DNA from: Myxococcota bacterium
GTDB lineage: Bacteria; Myxococcota_A; UBA9160; JAFDDA01
DNA length: 64,000 nucleotides
Direction: 5' to 3'
Assembly (NCBI GenBank): GCA_965228475.1
Contig: OZ245817.1
Location: 3,232,001-3,296,000 of the forward strand
The notes under the pieces were generated by a model that worked only from the letters and a program-made list of their open reading frames with translations, did no database searches and was not told the origin of the DNA. The stretch's first letter is position 1. Every line of letters starts with the position of its first letter. Position numbers and translations under genes: made by a program. Of this stretch, positions 1-9,676 are shown piece after piece.

Positions 1-677
1 TCCCACTCGTCGAGCAGCTCCTCGAGGAACTCGCCCAGGGCCGCGTCGATGGCCTCGATGGCCGAGCGCTGCTCCGGGCTCCCCCACCCGAAGCGGTGCC
101 CCGCGGCGTCGACCTCGGCCACGTGCACCATCACGAAGTGGGGCTGCTCCTCGTCGGCGTAGTCGAGGGCGGCCTCGAACACGGCCTCCGCCCGCGGGGC
201 CAGCCCGTAGCGCTCGACCCCGGGCTCGCCCCGGGCGAAGTGGGCGAACTTCTCCTTGGCCGCGAACAGGCCGCAGCGCATCCCCACCCGCGAGCAGTGG
301 GTGAAGACGGTCTCGACGCCGATCTCGAACCCGCCCTCCCAGCGGTTCCAGAGCACCTTGTGCCGCTCCGGGCCCACGCCGGAGAGCATGCTCGTGTGGG
401 AGGGCAAGGTCAGGCTCGGGACGGTGGTCATCGCCTTCTCGGCGCGGGTCCCCTCCCGGGCGAGGCGGTCGAGGGTCGGCGTCTCGGCCCGGGCGAGCAC
501 CCGCGGCGCCAGGCCGTCCACGGAGACCAGCAGCACGAGCCGCTCGGCCGCCGGCCCGCGGCTCGGAAAGCCCGTCCGATCGAGCCCGGTCGGGGCAGCG
601 GGCGGCGGGGGCGGCCGGCTCCCGCAGCCCACGGCCAGGCCGGCCAGGAGGAGCCCGGCGAGGGCCCACCCCCGCAA
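1..677 (-). CDS. Alkaline phosphatase superfamily (nucleotide pyrophosphatase/phosphodiesterase-like) lipoprotein; 3' end runs off the window
   Basis: Not in the ORF track. Manual minus-strand translation gives a lipobox-like LAVGC, LVLLVSVDGL, SLTLPSHTSMLSG and VHVAEVDAAGH. The start (TTG 677 or 707) is uncertain. Confidence 0.75.
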   Translation of the reverse strand, partial: MRGWALAGLLLAGLAVGCGSRPPPPPAAPTGLDRTGFPSRGPAAERLVLLVSVDGLAPRVLARAETPTLDRLAREGTRAEKAMTTVPSLTLPSHTSMLSGVGPERHKVLWNRWEGGFEIGVETVFTHCSRVGMRCGLFAAKEKFAHFARGEPGVERYGLAPRAEAVFEAALDYADEEQPHFVMVHVAEVDAAGHRFGWGSPEQRSAIEAIDAALGEFLEELLDEW

Positions 678-807
678 GCGGCCGGAGCCGGACGCTGTGT
701 TACACAAGGAGCGCTCCGACGGAGCCCCCTGGCGGAGCCAGCGCGGGCCCCGCCGAAACCGCCAACCCGACGGCCCTCTGGACGGCCCACGCGAAGAAAC
801 AGGAACC

Positions 808-1974
808 ATGCCGATCTCCACCAAAGCCTTCTCGATCTCCGCCCCCGACATCGAAGCCGAAAAAGCCCGCGTGGGCGGCGACCTCGACGCCGTCGAGTTC
901 TCCCGCGTGCTCAAGATCGACGACCTCGAGCTGCGCGACGTCGGCCCGAAGGACGTCCACATGCGCGTCCTCGCGGCGTCGGCCGAGCACAACGTCGACC
1001 ACGCCGTCCTCGCGGACACCGTGAACATCGTAGAAGCCCGGGGCGGCAAGATCTATCCCGGCAACAGCGCCCTCGGCGAGGTCCTCGAGGTCGGCGCCGA
1101 GGTCACGCGCTTCAAGCCCGGCGACATCGTCATCACCCACTGCAATGGCGAGTCCGACAAGTACGGCTTCCCGCTGCGCATCTGGGGCTACGACCAGCCC
1201 GACTCGATCGGCTGGTACGGCAAGGAAGCCGTCGTCGGCGACTGGCAGCTCATCCAGGCCCCGGTGGATTGCGGCCTCTCGCTCTGGGAGATCGCGGCCC
1301 TCCCCCTCCGCGCGCCCACGGCCTACCACCTCTGGCGCCGCGCGATCGGCATCTACCGCCTCAAGGTGAGCGAGGCCGACCACCCGAGCCTGAACGTGCT
1401 CGGCTTCGGCGGCGGCGTCTCGGAGCTCTTCCTCATGCAGGCCAAGGCCGCCGGCCACCGCGCCCTCTTCTGCTCGGGCAGCCCGGCCCGCCGCAAGAAG
1501 CTCGAGGAGATGGGCATCGAAGGCATCGACCAGAAGGCCTTCAATCGCTTCAAGGACAAGGGCGACGTGAAGGCGTTCAACAAGGAGGTGAAGACCCTCA
1601 CCGACGGCGAAGGCGCGCACATCGTCTGCGACATGCTGCGCGGCCCGGTCTTCCCGGCCGGCTTCGCCGTGATGGGCCGCCAGGGCGTGAACGTCTCGGC
1701 GGGCTGGCAGCTCTCCCAGGTGATCGAATACAACACCACGATCGCCTCGGTGAAGCAGATGACCCTCGACCACACCCACTACGAAACGATCCCGTTCTGC
1801 GAAGAGGCGACCGCGCTCTACGGCTCGGTCTACAAGCCGGCGATCCACGACGAGATCTACCCCTTCGAGGACCTCCCGCGCTGCATGGCCGAGATGTACG
1901 AGAACACCCAGACGGGCGTTCCGATCGTGCGCATCGCGGACGAGATGCCGGATTCCGTGAAGGGAATCCTCTAG
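808..1974 (+). CDS. Zn-independent MDR-family enoyl-CoA reductase, crotonyl-CoA carboxylase/reductase-like
   Basis: ATG 808 follows AGGAA. Motifs GDIVITHCN, RIWGYD, PTAYHLW and Rossmann VLGFGGG. GNS replaces the zinc GHE motif. Confidence 0.7.
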   Translation: MPISTKAFSISAPDIEAEKARVGGDLDAVEFSRVLKIDDLELRDVGPKDVHMRVLAASAEHNVDHAVLADTVNIVEARGGKIYPGNSALGEVLEVGAEVTRFKPGDIVITHCNGESDKYGFPLRIWGYDQPDSIGWYGKEAVVGDWQLIQAPVDCGLSLWEIAALPLRAPTAYHLWRRAIGIYRLKVSEADHPSLNVLGFGGGVSELFLMQAKAAGHRALFCSGSPARRKKLEEMGIEGIDQKAFNRFKDKGDVKAFNKEVKTLTDGEGAHIVCDMLRGPVFPAGFAVMGRQGVNVSAGWQLSQVIEYNTTIASVKQMTLDHTHYETIPFCEEATALYGSVYKPAIHDEIYPFEDLPRCMAEMYENTQTGVPIVRIADEMPDSVKGIL

Positions 1975-1993
1975 CGCCGCGGCGCGAATCGTC

Positions 1994-2021
1994 TCCCGCC
2001 GGCGGTTTGCCGCCGGCGGGA
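1994..2021. other. Intergenic 12-bp GC stem-loop
   Basis: TCCCGCCGGCGG-TTTG-CCGCCGGCGGGA between the reductase and the CoA-transferase. Confidence 0.6.
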
Positions 2022-2133
2022 AAACGTCATAACGTCCGCACCCTTAGCCGCCTGCGCCCCGCGCGGGGGGCGGTGCCCCGTTCGCTGGGACGCCTCGCCC
2101 GGCGGGCCCCAGCGAACCCTCCGGAGCCACACC

Positions 2134-3393
2134 ATGCGCAGCAAAGAAGAGCTCGATCAGTTCATCGCCGCCCAGCGGGAGAAGGCCGCCTTCGAAGGGC
2201 TCCCGCTCGAGGGCAAGCGCGTGCTCGACATGTCGACGATCGTCGCCGCGCCCTACGCCGCCGCCATGCTCGGCGACGCCGGGGCCGACGTGATCAAGAT
2301 CGAGAACCCGCGCGTCCCCGACGGCCTGCGAAACTGGAGCACGCTCTCGGAGCTCGGCATCGAGCCCTACCACTCGGTGATCGGCCGCAACAAGTTCCCG
2401 GTCACGATCAACCTGAAGGCCGACGAAGGCAAGACGATCTTCACCGAGCTGATCAAGAACTCCGACGTGCTGATCGAGAACATGCGCGTCGGTGCCATGG
2501 ATCGCCTCGGCTTCTCGACGGACGAACTCCTCCGCATCAACCCCGGGCTCATCATCGGCAAGGTCTCGGGCTACGGCATGACGGGCCCGAAGAACCAGCA
2601 GCCCGGCTTCGGCACCCTCGCCGAGGCCTACAGCGGCTTCTCCTACCTGAACGGCAGCAAGGACCGCGGCCCGCTGAGCCCGCCCCACGCCCTCGCGGAC
2701 CTCACCACGGGCATCCACCTCGCCTACGCCATCAGCCTCGGATTCGTGAACCAGGAGCGCGGCGTGAAGGGCGGCCAGGTGATCGACATCTCCCTCTACG
2801 AGCCGCTGTTCGGCTACTTCGGCGGCGAGTACCTCGGCTACAAGCTGACCGGCGAGGTCCCGGAGCCGATCGGCAACGAGCTGCGCTCGGCCGCGCCGCG
2901 CAGCGTCTACCGCACGAAGGACGGCAAGTGGATCGCGCTGTCCTGCTCGGCGCAGAAGCCCTGGGAGAACCTCGCCAAGCTGATGGAGCAGGAGGAGCTG
3001 ATCGAGGACCCGCGCTTCGTCACCAACAACGACCGCATCGCGAACCGCGAGGTGCTGAACGAGATCATCCAGGAGTGGCACTCCGGGCGCACCGAGGACG
3101 AAGCCCTCGAGGTCTTCCAGAAGGAAGGCATCACCGCCGGCCCGATCCTGACCATGAAGGACATCGACGAAGACGCGCACTACCGCGAGCGCGGCTCCTT
3201 CGTGACGATGGAAGACCCGGCCACGGGCATCGAGCTGCAGATGCCGAACCTGCCCTTCCGCATGCTCGGCCAGCCGACGAAGTTCCGCTTCCCGGGCCTG
3301 CCCCACGGCTCGGCCAACGACCACGTCTACGGCGAGCTGCTCGGCTACTCCCAGGCGCAGATCGACGAACTACGAGAAAAGGGCGCGATCTAG
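2134..3393 (+). CDS. Class III (CaiB/BaiF) CoA-transferase, possibly succinyl-CoA:malate/citramalate type
   Basis: [36 protein letters not shown] and LADLTTG motifs; adjacent to mcl. Confidence 0.85.
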   Translation: MRSKEELDQFIAAQREKAAFEGLPLEGKRVLDMSTIVAAPYAAAMLGDAGADVIKIENPRVPDGLRNWSTLSELGIEPYHSVIGRNKFPVTINLKADEGKTIFTELIKNSDVLIENMRVGAMDRLGFSTDELLRINPGLIIGKVSGYGMTGPKNQQPGFGTLAEAYSGFSYLNGSKDRGPLSPPHALADLTTGIHLAYAISLGFVNQERGVKGGQVIDISLYEPLFGYFGGEYLGYKLTGEVPEPIGNELRSAAPRSVYRTKDGKWIALSCSAQKPWENLAKLMEQEELIEDPRFVTNNDRIANREVLNEIIQEWHSGRTEDEALEVFQKEGITAGPILTMKDIDEDAHYRERGSFVTMEDPATGIELQMPNLPFRMLGQPTKFRFPGLPHGSANDHVYGELLGYSQAQIDELREKGAI

Positions 3394-3418
3394 CGCGCAC
3401 CGCTTCGAGGAGACCCCC

Positions 3419-4468
3419 ATGCGAAACCCCAAGGACTTCTTCCAGCCCAAGGCGATCGGCGCGCCCGAGCCCCTGCGCGAGATCCCCTTCCGCCCCTCGC
3501 GGATGATCCACTTCTTCGACCCTTCGAACCCGAAGATGGCGGCCAAGGTGCCGGACATCGCGAAGAAGGTGGACGTGATCCTCGGCAACCTCGAGGACGC
3601 CATCCAGGTCGACAACAAGGTCGCGGCCCGCGAGGGCCTCGCGAAGATCGGCCGCGAGACCGACTTCGGCGACACCCAGCTCTGGACGCGCGTGAACAGC
3701 CTCGACAGCCCGTGGCTGCTCGACGACCTCACGCTCCTCGTCCAGGAGATCGGCGACAAGCTCGACGTGATCATGGTCCCGAAGGTCGAAGGCCCCTGGG
3801 ACATCCACTACGTCGATCAGCTCCTCGCCCAGCTCGAGGCCAAGGCCGGGCTCACGAAGCCGCTCCTCGTCCACGCCATCCTCGAGACCCACCAGGGCGT
3901 GTGCAACGTCGAAGAGATCTGCGGCGCGAGCCCGCGCATGCAGGGCCTCTCCTTCGGCCCGGCGGACCTCGCGGCCAGCCGCCGCATGAAGACGACGCGC
4001 GTCGGCGGCGGCCACCCGGGCTACATCGTGCGCACCGACCCGGACCCGGACGACGAGAACGCCCCGCGCATCACCGCCCAGCAGGACCCGTGGCACTACA
4101 CGCTCGCGCGCATGGTCGACGCCTGCACCGCCCACGGGATCTTCCCGTACTACGGCCCGTTCGGGGACATCAAGGACGTGCTCGCCTGCGAAGACCAGTT
4201 CCGCGCGGCGTTCCTGCTCGGCTGCGTGGGCGCGTGGTCGCTCCACCCGGTGCAGATCGACGTCGCGAAGAAGGTCTTCAGCCCCGCGATCGACGAGGTG
4301 CTCTGGGCCAAGCGCGTGATCGAAGAGATGGGCGACGGCTCGGGCGCCGTGATGATCGACGGCAAGATGCAGGACGACGCCACCGTCAAGCAGTGCAAGG
4401 TGATGGTCGAGCTCGCCCGCGCCCTCTCCGAGAAGGACGCGGAGCTGAAGGAAGCGTACGGCTTCTAG
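3419..4468 (+). CDS. mcl: Malyl-CoA/beta-methylmalyl-CoA lyase (CitE/HpcH family, Chloroflexus-type)
   Basis: [40 protein letters not shown] and GKMQDDAT motifs. Confidence 0.8.
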   Translation: MRNPKDFFQPKAIGAPEPLREIPFRPSRMIHFFDPSNPKMAAKVPDIAKKVDVILGNLEDAIQVDNKVAAREGLAKIGRETDFGDTQLWTRVNSLDSPWLLDDLTLLVQEIGDKLDVIMVPKVEGPWDIHYVDQLLAQLEAKAGLTKPLLVHAILETHQGVCNVEEICGASPRMQGLSFGPADLAASRRMKTTRVGGGHPGYIVRTDPDPDDENAPRITAQQDPWHYTLARMVDACTAHGIFPYYGPFGDIKDVLACEDQFRAAFLLGCVGAWSLHPVQIDVAKKVFSPAIDEVLWAKRVIEEMGDGSGAVMIDGKMQDDATVKQCKVMVELARALSEKDAELKEAYGF

Positions 4469-4469
4469 G

Positions 4470-5120
4470 GTGCGACGCAGCCTCCTGGCGGGATGCCTTT
4501 GCATGCTGGCGTGGGCGTGCGCCCGCCCTTCGGCCGAGGTCGAACGGGACGACTACCTCCGCCACGTCGGCGTCTCCTTCCGGGGCAACGTCTTCGCGCT
4601 TCGATTCCTCGATCACCAGATGCCGCTGCGCGTCCACCTGCCCGTCCCGCCCGACGGCATGTTCGAAGACGGCTCCGCCGTTCTCGATTCGGTGCGGGAC
4701 GGATTCACCGATTGGGCCGATGTCGCCGCGCCGGGTGTTCCGAGCTTCCGTTTCATCGAGGATCCGCGAGACGCGGAGATCCGCGTCGTGTGGGAACTCG
4801 AGCCCGATGGGTCCTGGTACATCGCCCACTGCGTGTACAACTCGAACGCGGGGACACGAACCCACAGCGTGGAACGCATCCTCGTCACCGCGCGACACCC
4901 GGACGGGTACGTCGCAGACCTGACGGACGTCTATCGGATCATGCTCCACGAGGTCGGCCACGCCCTCGGGCTCTATGGACACAGTCCGACGACGGGAGAC
5001 ATCATGCACAAGTCGGCCGGCACGGCGCAGGGACTCTCCGACCGCGACCGAAACACGCTGAAACGCCTCTACGGCCTCGGCAACGGCACGCGCATCCCGG
5101 GCGGTAAGCGAACCCGATAG
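4470..5120 (+). CDS. Matrixin-family zinc metalloprotease, probable lipoprotein
   Basis: HEVGHALGLYGHS, Met-turn DIM, LSDRDRNTL; N-terminal LAWAC. Confidence 0.75.
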   Translation: MRRSLLAGCLCMLAWACARPSAEVERDDYLRHVGVSFRGNVFALRFLDHQMPLRVHLPVPPDGMFEDGSAVLDSVRDGFTDWADVAAPGVPSFRFIEDPRDAEIRVVWELEPDGSWYIAHCVYNSNAGTRTHSVERILVTARHPDGYVADLTDVYRIMLHEVGHALGLYGHSPTTGDIMHKSAGTAQGLSDRDRNTLKRLYGLGNGTRIPGGKRTR

Positions 5121-5128
5121 CCTTAGCT

Positions 5129-5686
5129 GTGACCACGCTACGCACCGAGAGGCTCCTGCTGCGCCCGTGGCGCGATTCGGACCGCGAACCGTTCGCCCGG
5201 CTGAACGCAGACCCGGTGGTGATGGAACACTTCCCGGCGCCGCTCACGCGCGCGGAAAGCGATGCTTTCGTGGAACGCGTCGAGGAACACTTCGCCACGA
5301 ACGGCTGGGGACTGTGGGCCGTGGAGACGCCCGAGCACCCCTTCGCGGGTTACGTCGGTCTCTGGCCCGCCACCTTCGAGGCGCACTTCACGCCGGCGGT
5401 GGAGATCGGCTGGCGCCTGGCGCGGGAGGCCTGGGGCCGGGGCTACGCGCCCGAAGCCGCCCGCGAAGCGCTGCGCTTCGGCTTCGAGACTCTCGGACTC
5501 GACGAGATCGTTTCCTTCACCGCGACCGCGAACCACAACTCGCGGCGCGTGATGGAGAAGATCGGCCTCCGCCACGACCCGGCCGACGACTTCGACCACC
5601 CCCGCGTCCTCGACGACCCGCGCCTTTGCCGCCACGTCCTCTACCGGCTCGGGCGGGCGCACTGGCAAGACACGCGCAAGGACTGA
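5129..5686 (+). CDS. GNAT N-acetyltransferase (RimJ/RimL-like)
   Basis: TERLLLRPW, EIGWRL..WGRGYA, NHNSRRVMEKIG. Confidence 0.9.
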   Translation: MTTLRTERLLLRPWRDSDREPFARLNADPVVMEHFPAPLTRAESDAFVERVEEHFATNGWGLWAVETPEHPFAGYVGLWPATFEAHFTPAVEIGWRLAREAWGRGYAPEAAREALRFGFETLGLDEIVSFTATANHNSRRVMEKIGLRHDPADDFDHPRVLDDPRLCRHVLYRLGRAHWQDTRKD

Positions 5687-5728
5687 TCCGAGCGACGAAG
5701 CGCACGCGGGCCGTGATACGGTCCGGCC

Positions 5729-7267
5729 ATGTGGCCGATGCTCATGCTGTTGCTGGTACTCGCGGGGGAGTCCTGCGTCCCCGGCCTGCCGCCGCCCCAG
5801 CCGAGCGCGAGTTTCCGCCTCCCCGCGCTCCACGCCGAGCCCGACCCCGAAGCCGGCGGCCGCATCCGCGACGCCCACGGCCGGGAGGTCCTCCTGCGCG
5901 GCGTCAACGTGAACGCCTTCGTCGAGTACTGGGCGTACGACCCGGCGCTCTTCACCGTCTACCCGCTCACGCCCGAGGACGCGGACCAGATCGCCGGGAT
6001 GGGCTGGAACACCGTGAGGCTGCTCTTCAGCTGGTCGCGCGTCGAGCCGGAGCCCGGCGTCTACGACGAGACGTACCTCGACGCGCTCGCCGACGCGGTG
6101 GCGCTGCTCGAGAGCCGCGGCATCTACTCGATCCTCGACGCCCACCAGGACGCCTGGGGCCCGAGCCTCGCCGCCCCGCCCGGCACGGTCTGCCCTCCCA
6201 ACGAGACGCCCGCCTTCGGCTGGGACGGCGCGCCCGCCTGGGCCACGCTCGACGACGGTGCGCCGCGCTGCGCGCGGGGCTCGCGCGAACTCTCGAGCGC
6301 CGTCGTCACCGCCTTCGACGCCTTCTGGGCGGACGCACCCGGCCCCGGCGGCGTCGGCATCCAGACCCGCTACCTCCGCATGTGGCAGCGCGTCGTCGCA
6401 CGCCTCGCGGCTTCCGATGCCGTGGCCGGCTACGACGTCATGAACGAGCCGAACGCCTTCATCTTCGTCGGCCCGCCCCTCGATCTCACCGCCTTCTACG
6501 AACGCGCGCTCGCCGCGATCCGCGAGACCGAACGGGAGAACGAGCTGCCGCGGCGGCTCTTCTTCTTCGAGCCCTCGATCCTCTGGGCCGGCTTCGGAAT
6601 CGGCGTGCCCCTGCCCTTCGGCGACGACCAGATGGTCTATGCGCCGCACCTCTACCAGGGCGGCCTCGACGACGCGCCCCTCGACACCTCGGTCTTCGAG
6701 CAGGCCAAGGCGGAGGCCGCGACCTTCGGAGGCGTCCCGGTGCTCTCGGGCGAGTGGGGCGCCGACCCGCGGCGGGCCGCCGACCCGGGCGACGACTATT
6801 TCGATCGCCACCAGGCGCTGCAGGACGACTTCCGCTTCGGGGCGACGCTCTGGACGTGGCGCGAGGCCTGCGGCGACCCCCACAAGGCCGGGGACGTCCG
6901 CGCCGGGCGGATCCCCTACGTCTGGGGTCTCTTCGACGTGGACTGCGAGACGAACCAGGTGAACGGGCTCCGCGAGCCTCTTGCGGAAGCCCTGCGCCGT
7001 CCCCTCGTCCGGGCGGCGCCGGGCCAGCTCGATCGGGTCGCCTGGAACCGGGAGACGCGGCAGCTCGAGGTCGAAGGCTCCGGGGCCGAAGCCGGCGAGG
7101 CCTTCATCGTTTTCTACCCCGCGCGGCCGGGCGAGAGGCTCTCGCCGTCCGGAACGGGGCTCGGGACGCTGCACGCGCAGCGCAGCATCGGCGGCGGCCG
7201 TTTCGTCTTCGGCAGGACGACGGGCGGGAGCTGGAGCCTGACGGTCGAATCCTTTGAGCGGCCCTGA
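5729..7267 (+). CDS. Secreted GH5 glycoside hydrolase (endoglycoceramidase-like)
   Basis: Signal peptide, LRGVN, LDAHQD, acid/base GYDVMNEP, YAPHLY, nucleophile GEWG. Confidence 0.85.
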   Translation: MWPMLMLLLVLAGESCVPGLPPPQPSASFRLPALHAEPDPEAGGRIRDAHGREVLLRGVNVNAFVEYWAYDPALFTVYPLTPEDADQIAGMGWNTVRLLFSWSRVEPEPGVYDETYLDALADAVALLESRGIYSILDAHQDAWGPSLAAPPGTVCPPNETPAFGWDGAPAWATLDDGAPRCARGSRELSSAVVTAFDAFWADAPGPGGVGIQTRYLRMWQRVVARLAASDAVAGYDVMNEPNAFIFVGPPLDLTAFYERALAAIRETERENELPRRLFFFEPSILWAGFGIGVPLPFGDDQMVYAPHLYQGGLDDAPLDTSVFEQAKAEAATFGGVPVLSGEWGADPRRAADPGDDYFDRHQALQDDFRFGATLWTWREACGDPHKAGDVRAGRIPYVWGLFDVDCETNQVNGLREPLAEALRRPLVRAAPGQLDRVAWNRETRQLEVEGSGAEAGEAFIVFYPARPGERLSPSGTGLGTLHAQRSIGGGRFVFGRTTGGSWSLTVESFERP

Positions 7268-7300
7268 GCCGCGCTTCGAGCGGCCCTGAACCGCGGCGCC

Positions 7301-8122
7301 CTAGCGCCGGCGGCGGCGGACGAGCCAGACGGCAGCGCCGAAGGCGTAGGCCAGGCGCGCCGGCTCGGAGACGAGCAGGCTCGCGCCGGCCCCGGGCGCG
7401 CCGTCGGAGATGCGCACCTCGTCGAGGCTGCCGTTGAAGGCCGCCGCGTAGTCCATGCGGTGGCCGACCTCGACGTCGACCTCGTGTCCCCAGACGAGAC
7501 CGCGGCCGTCGGCGCCGTCGTGCGACGCGACGCTCGTGCCGTCGATCCAGACCTGCCCGAGCCCCTGGGCGGCGTCGTAGCTGAAGGCGAAGTGATGCCA
7601 GGCGGAGTCCATGTCGAACAGGTCCGAGAGGTCGACCCGCGTTGCGCCGCCGGCGCCGTCCTCGACCCAGTAGCTCACGTCGAGGGAGCTCGGGTTCGCG
7701 ATCAGCACGCCGTCGCTGCCCGTGCTGCGCGAGAACAGGGTCGCCTGGTTCTCGACGGTGCGGGCCCAGAATTCGATCGTGATGCTCGGGACGTCGAGCG
7801 CCGCGTACCACGCCGCCGTCGCGTTGATGCCGTTCGCGCCGCCCTGGCGCGTCCCGCCGAGACTCCCGGCGTTCGCCTGGCCGGTCAGCGGCACCGTGAA
7901 GTTCGGGTTGGCGGCGTTGTCGACGAAGGCTTCCGACGAGAAGAGGGAGCTTCCGAAGGCCACTTCGTTCGCGACCTCGAGGCCGTGGGCCGATGCATCG
8001 AGGTCGGTCTCCATCCGCCAATAGCCGATGGTCGCCGCCGAAGCGTGGGACGCCAAGAAGGTGATCAGGGTCGCCAGCAGCCATTCACGGCGTCGGATCG
8101 GGGAGCGCACGTCGAACCTCAC
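7301..8122 (-). CDS. Secreted LamG/concanavalin-like protein with variant (VSEP) PEP-CTERM-like tail
   Basis: TIEFW, WHHFAFSYD and FNGSLDEVRIS LamG motifs; C-terminus VSEP-hydrophobic-RRRRR. Confidence 0.7.
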   Translation of the reverse strand: MRFDVRSPIRRREWLLATLITFLASHASAATIGYWRMETDLDASAHGLEVANEVAFGSSLFSSEAFVDNAANPNFTVPLTGQANAGSLGGTRQGGANGINATAAWYAALDVPSITIEFWARTVENQATLFSRSTGSDGVLIANPSSLDVSYWVEDGAGGATRVDLSDLFDMDSAWHHFAFSYDAAQGLGQVWIDGTSVASHDGADGRGLVWGHEVDVEVGHRMDYAAAFNGSLDEVRISDGAPGAGASLLVSEPARLAYAFGAAVWLVRRRRR

Positions 8123-8290
8123 GAGCGGGGCAGCTCGAAACTCGAGGTCCAGATCGGCGGGACGTGACCCAGACTGAGGGGGTTTTTCGACGGGGGAAGG
8201 CCCGATGCGCAGGAGGGTCGCGGCGCGGTCGCACCCGGCGCGCAGCCGCGGCAGGACGCACGCAACGAGGCCCGTCGCCGGGCCCGGGCG

Positions 8291-9280
8291 CTACTTCGAG
8301 AGTTCGAGCATGCGCTCGATCGGCCGCAGCGCCTTCAAGCGGATCTCTTCCGAGAGCGTGACCTCGGGCTCGAGGTTCAGGAGACAGAGGTAGAGCTTCT
8401 CGAGCGTGTTCAGACGCATGAACGGGCACTGGTTGCACGCGCAGCTCTCGTCCATGCCGGGCGCCTGGATGAGTTCCTTGTCCGGCGCCGCCTTGCGGAT
8501 CTCGTGGAACACGCCGTCCTCGGTGGCGATGATCAGCGTCTTCGCCGGCGACTCGATGGCGCGGTTGATGATGCCGGTCGTCGACGCGATGAAGTCGGCC
8601 TGGGCGAGCACGGACTCTTCGCACTCGGGGTGCGCGAGCACCTCGGCGTCGCGGTGCTGCACCTTCAGCTGGGCGAGCCCCTTCGCGCTGAACTGTTCGT
8701 GGACCACGCACGAGCCGGGCCAGGCGATGATGTCCGGGCGGTTGGCCTCGCGCGCGACCCAGCGGGCGAGGTGCCGGTCCGGCGCGAAGATCAGCGGCTG
8801 CCCGTCGAACTCGCGGACCATCTTCACCGCGTTCGACGACGTGCAGATCAGGTCCGAGAGCGCCTTGATCTCGGCGTGGCTGTTGATGTAGGTGAGCACG
8901 CCGGCGCCGGGGTGCTCGGCCACGAAGGCCTTGAAGTCCTCGGGCGGACAGCCGTCGGCGAGGGAGCAGCCGGCCTCGAGGTCCGGCACCACGACCTTCT
9001 TCTCCGGGTTCAGGATCTTCGCGGTCTCGGCCATGAAGTGGACGCCGCAGAAGGCGATGACTTCGCAGTCGCCGCTGTCCTGGGCGGCCTGGGCGAGGGC
9101 CAGGGAGTCGCCGACCACGTCGGCCAGATCCTGGACCTCGTCCTCCTGGTAGTAGTGCGCGAGCAGGATCGCGTTGCGCTCGCGCTTGAGTTCGAGGATC
9201 GCGCCCTCGAGATCGTCCGGGAAGCCGCCAGGGGGGGCTTCGACCACGGTTCCGCTGCGTCCGGGGGGCATGTCGGCCAT
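8291..9280 (-). CDS. nadA: Quinolinate synthase A
   Basis: LAHYYQ, GDSL, FCGVHFMAETAKILNP, GCSLAD, CVVHE, AHPEC, CPFM. Confidence 0.95.
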   Translation of the reverse strand: MADMPPGRSGTVVEAPPGGFPDDLEGAILELKRERNAILLAHYYQEDEVQDLADVVGDSLALAQAAQDSGDCEVIAFCGVHFMAETAKILNPEKKVVVPDLEAGCSLADGCPPEDFKAFVAEHPGAGVLTYINSHAEIKALSDLICTSSNAVKMVREFDGQPLIFAPDRHLARWVAREANRPDIIAWPGSCVVHEQFSAKGLAQLKVQHRDAEVLAHPECEESVLAQADFIASTTGIINRAIESPAKTLIIATEDGVFHEIRKAAPDKELIQAPGMDESCACNQCPFMRLNTLEKLYLCLLNLEPEVTLSEEIRLKALRPIERMLELSK

Positions 9281-9517
9281 GGCGCGCAGGCTAGCGCAGG
9301 GGCCCCGCACAGGGGCCCTCGAGCCGGAGCGGGTGGGCTTCCTGCCGGCCCGGGAAGTGGCACGACGGATTCAAAAGCCCTCGAACAGGAAAGTTTTTTC
9401 CCGTTTGAGGAACGGCTTTGCCGTCGGCGTGGCAAAACGCCCTCCCCCGGGGGTCCAGGTCACCCCTAACCCACCGGAAACAGGGCCCTTCTCGGAATTC
9501 CGCCAGATGCGGCCATG

Positions 9518-9533
9518 CGGCACCGGACTTGCA
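9518..9533 (+). promoter_or_regulatory. Putative sigma54 (-24/-12) promoter of the PEP-CTERM genes
   Basis: CGGCAC-CGGAC-TTGCA gives GG-N10-GC spacing upstream of a PEP-CTERM gene. Confidence 0.6.
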
Positions 9534-9575
9534 CCCTGGGGAGCCGGGAAATCGGGGATGTGTTGGCGAGTTGTG

Positions 9576-9608
9576 CGCCGGCCTCCCCTCGGGGTGCCGG
9601 CGTTTTTT
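9576..9608 (+). terminator. Intrinsic terminator-like hairpin within the 5' leader
   Basis: CGCCGGCCTCCCC-TC-GGGGTGCCGGCG followed by TTTTTT. Confidence 0.55.
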
Positions 9609-9676
9609 GTGTTGTGTCCGCCGGAGCCTGGACACCCCGCAAGGGGAACCTGGGGAACTGGGGAAGGGAGACTTTG

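Noticed and set aside
96..3506. 1136-aa ORF and the many other long Arg/Pro/Gly-rich ORFs in the track
   Set aside because: These are shadow frames of real genes in high-GC DNA; they have no motifs and overlap well-supported CDSs
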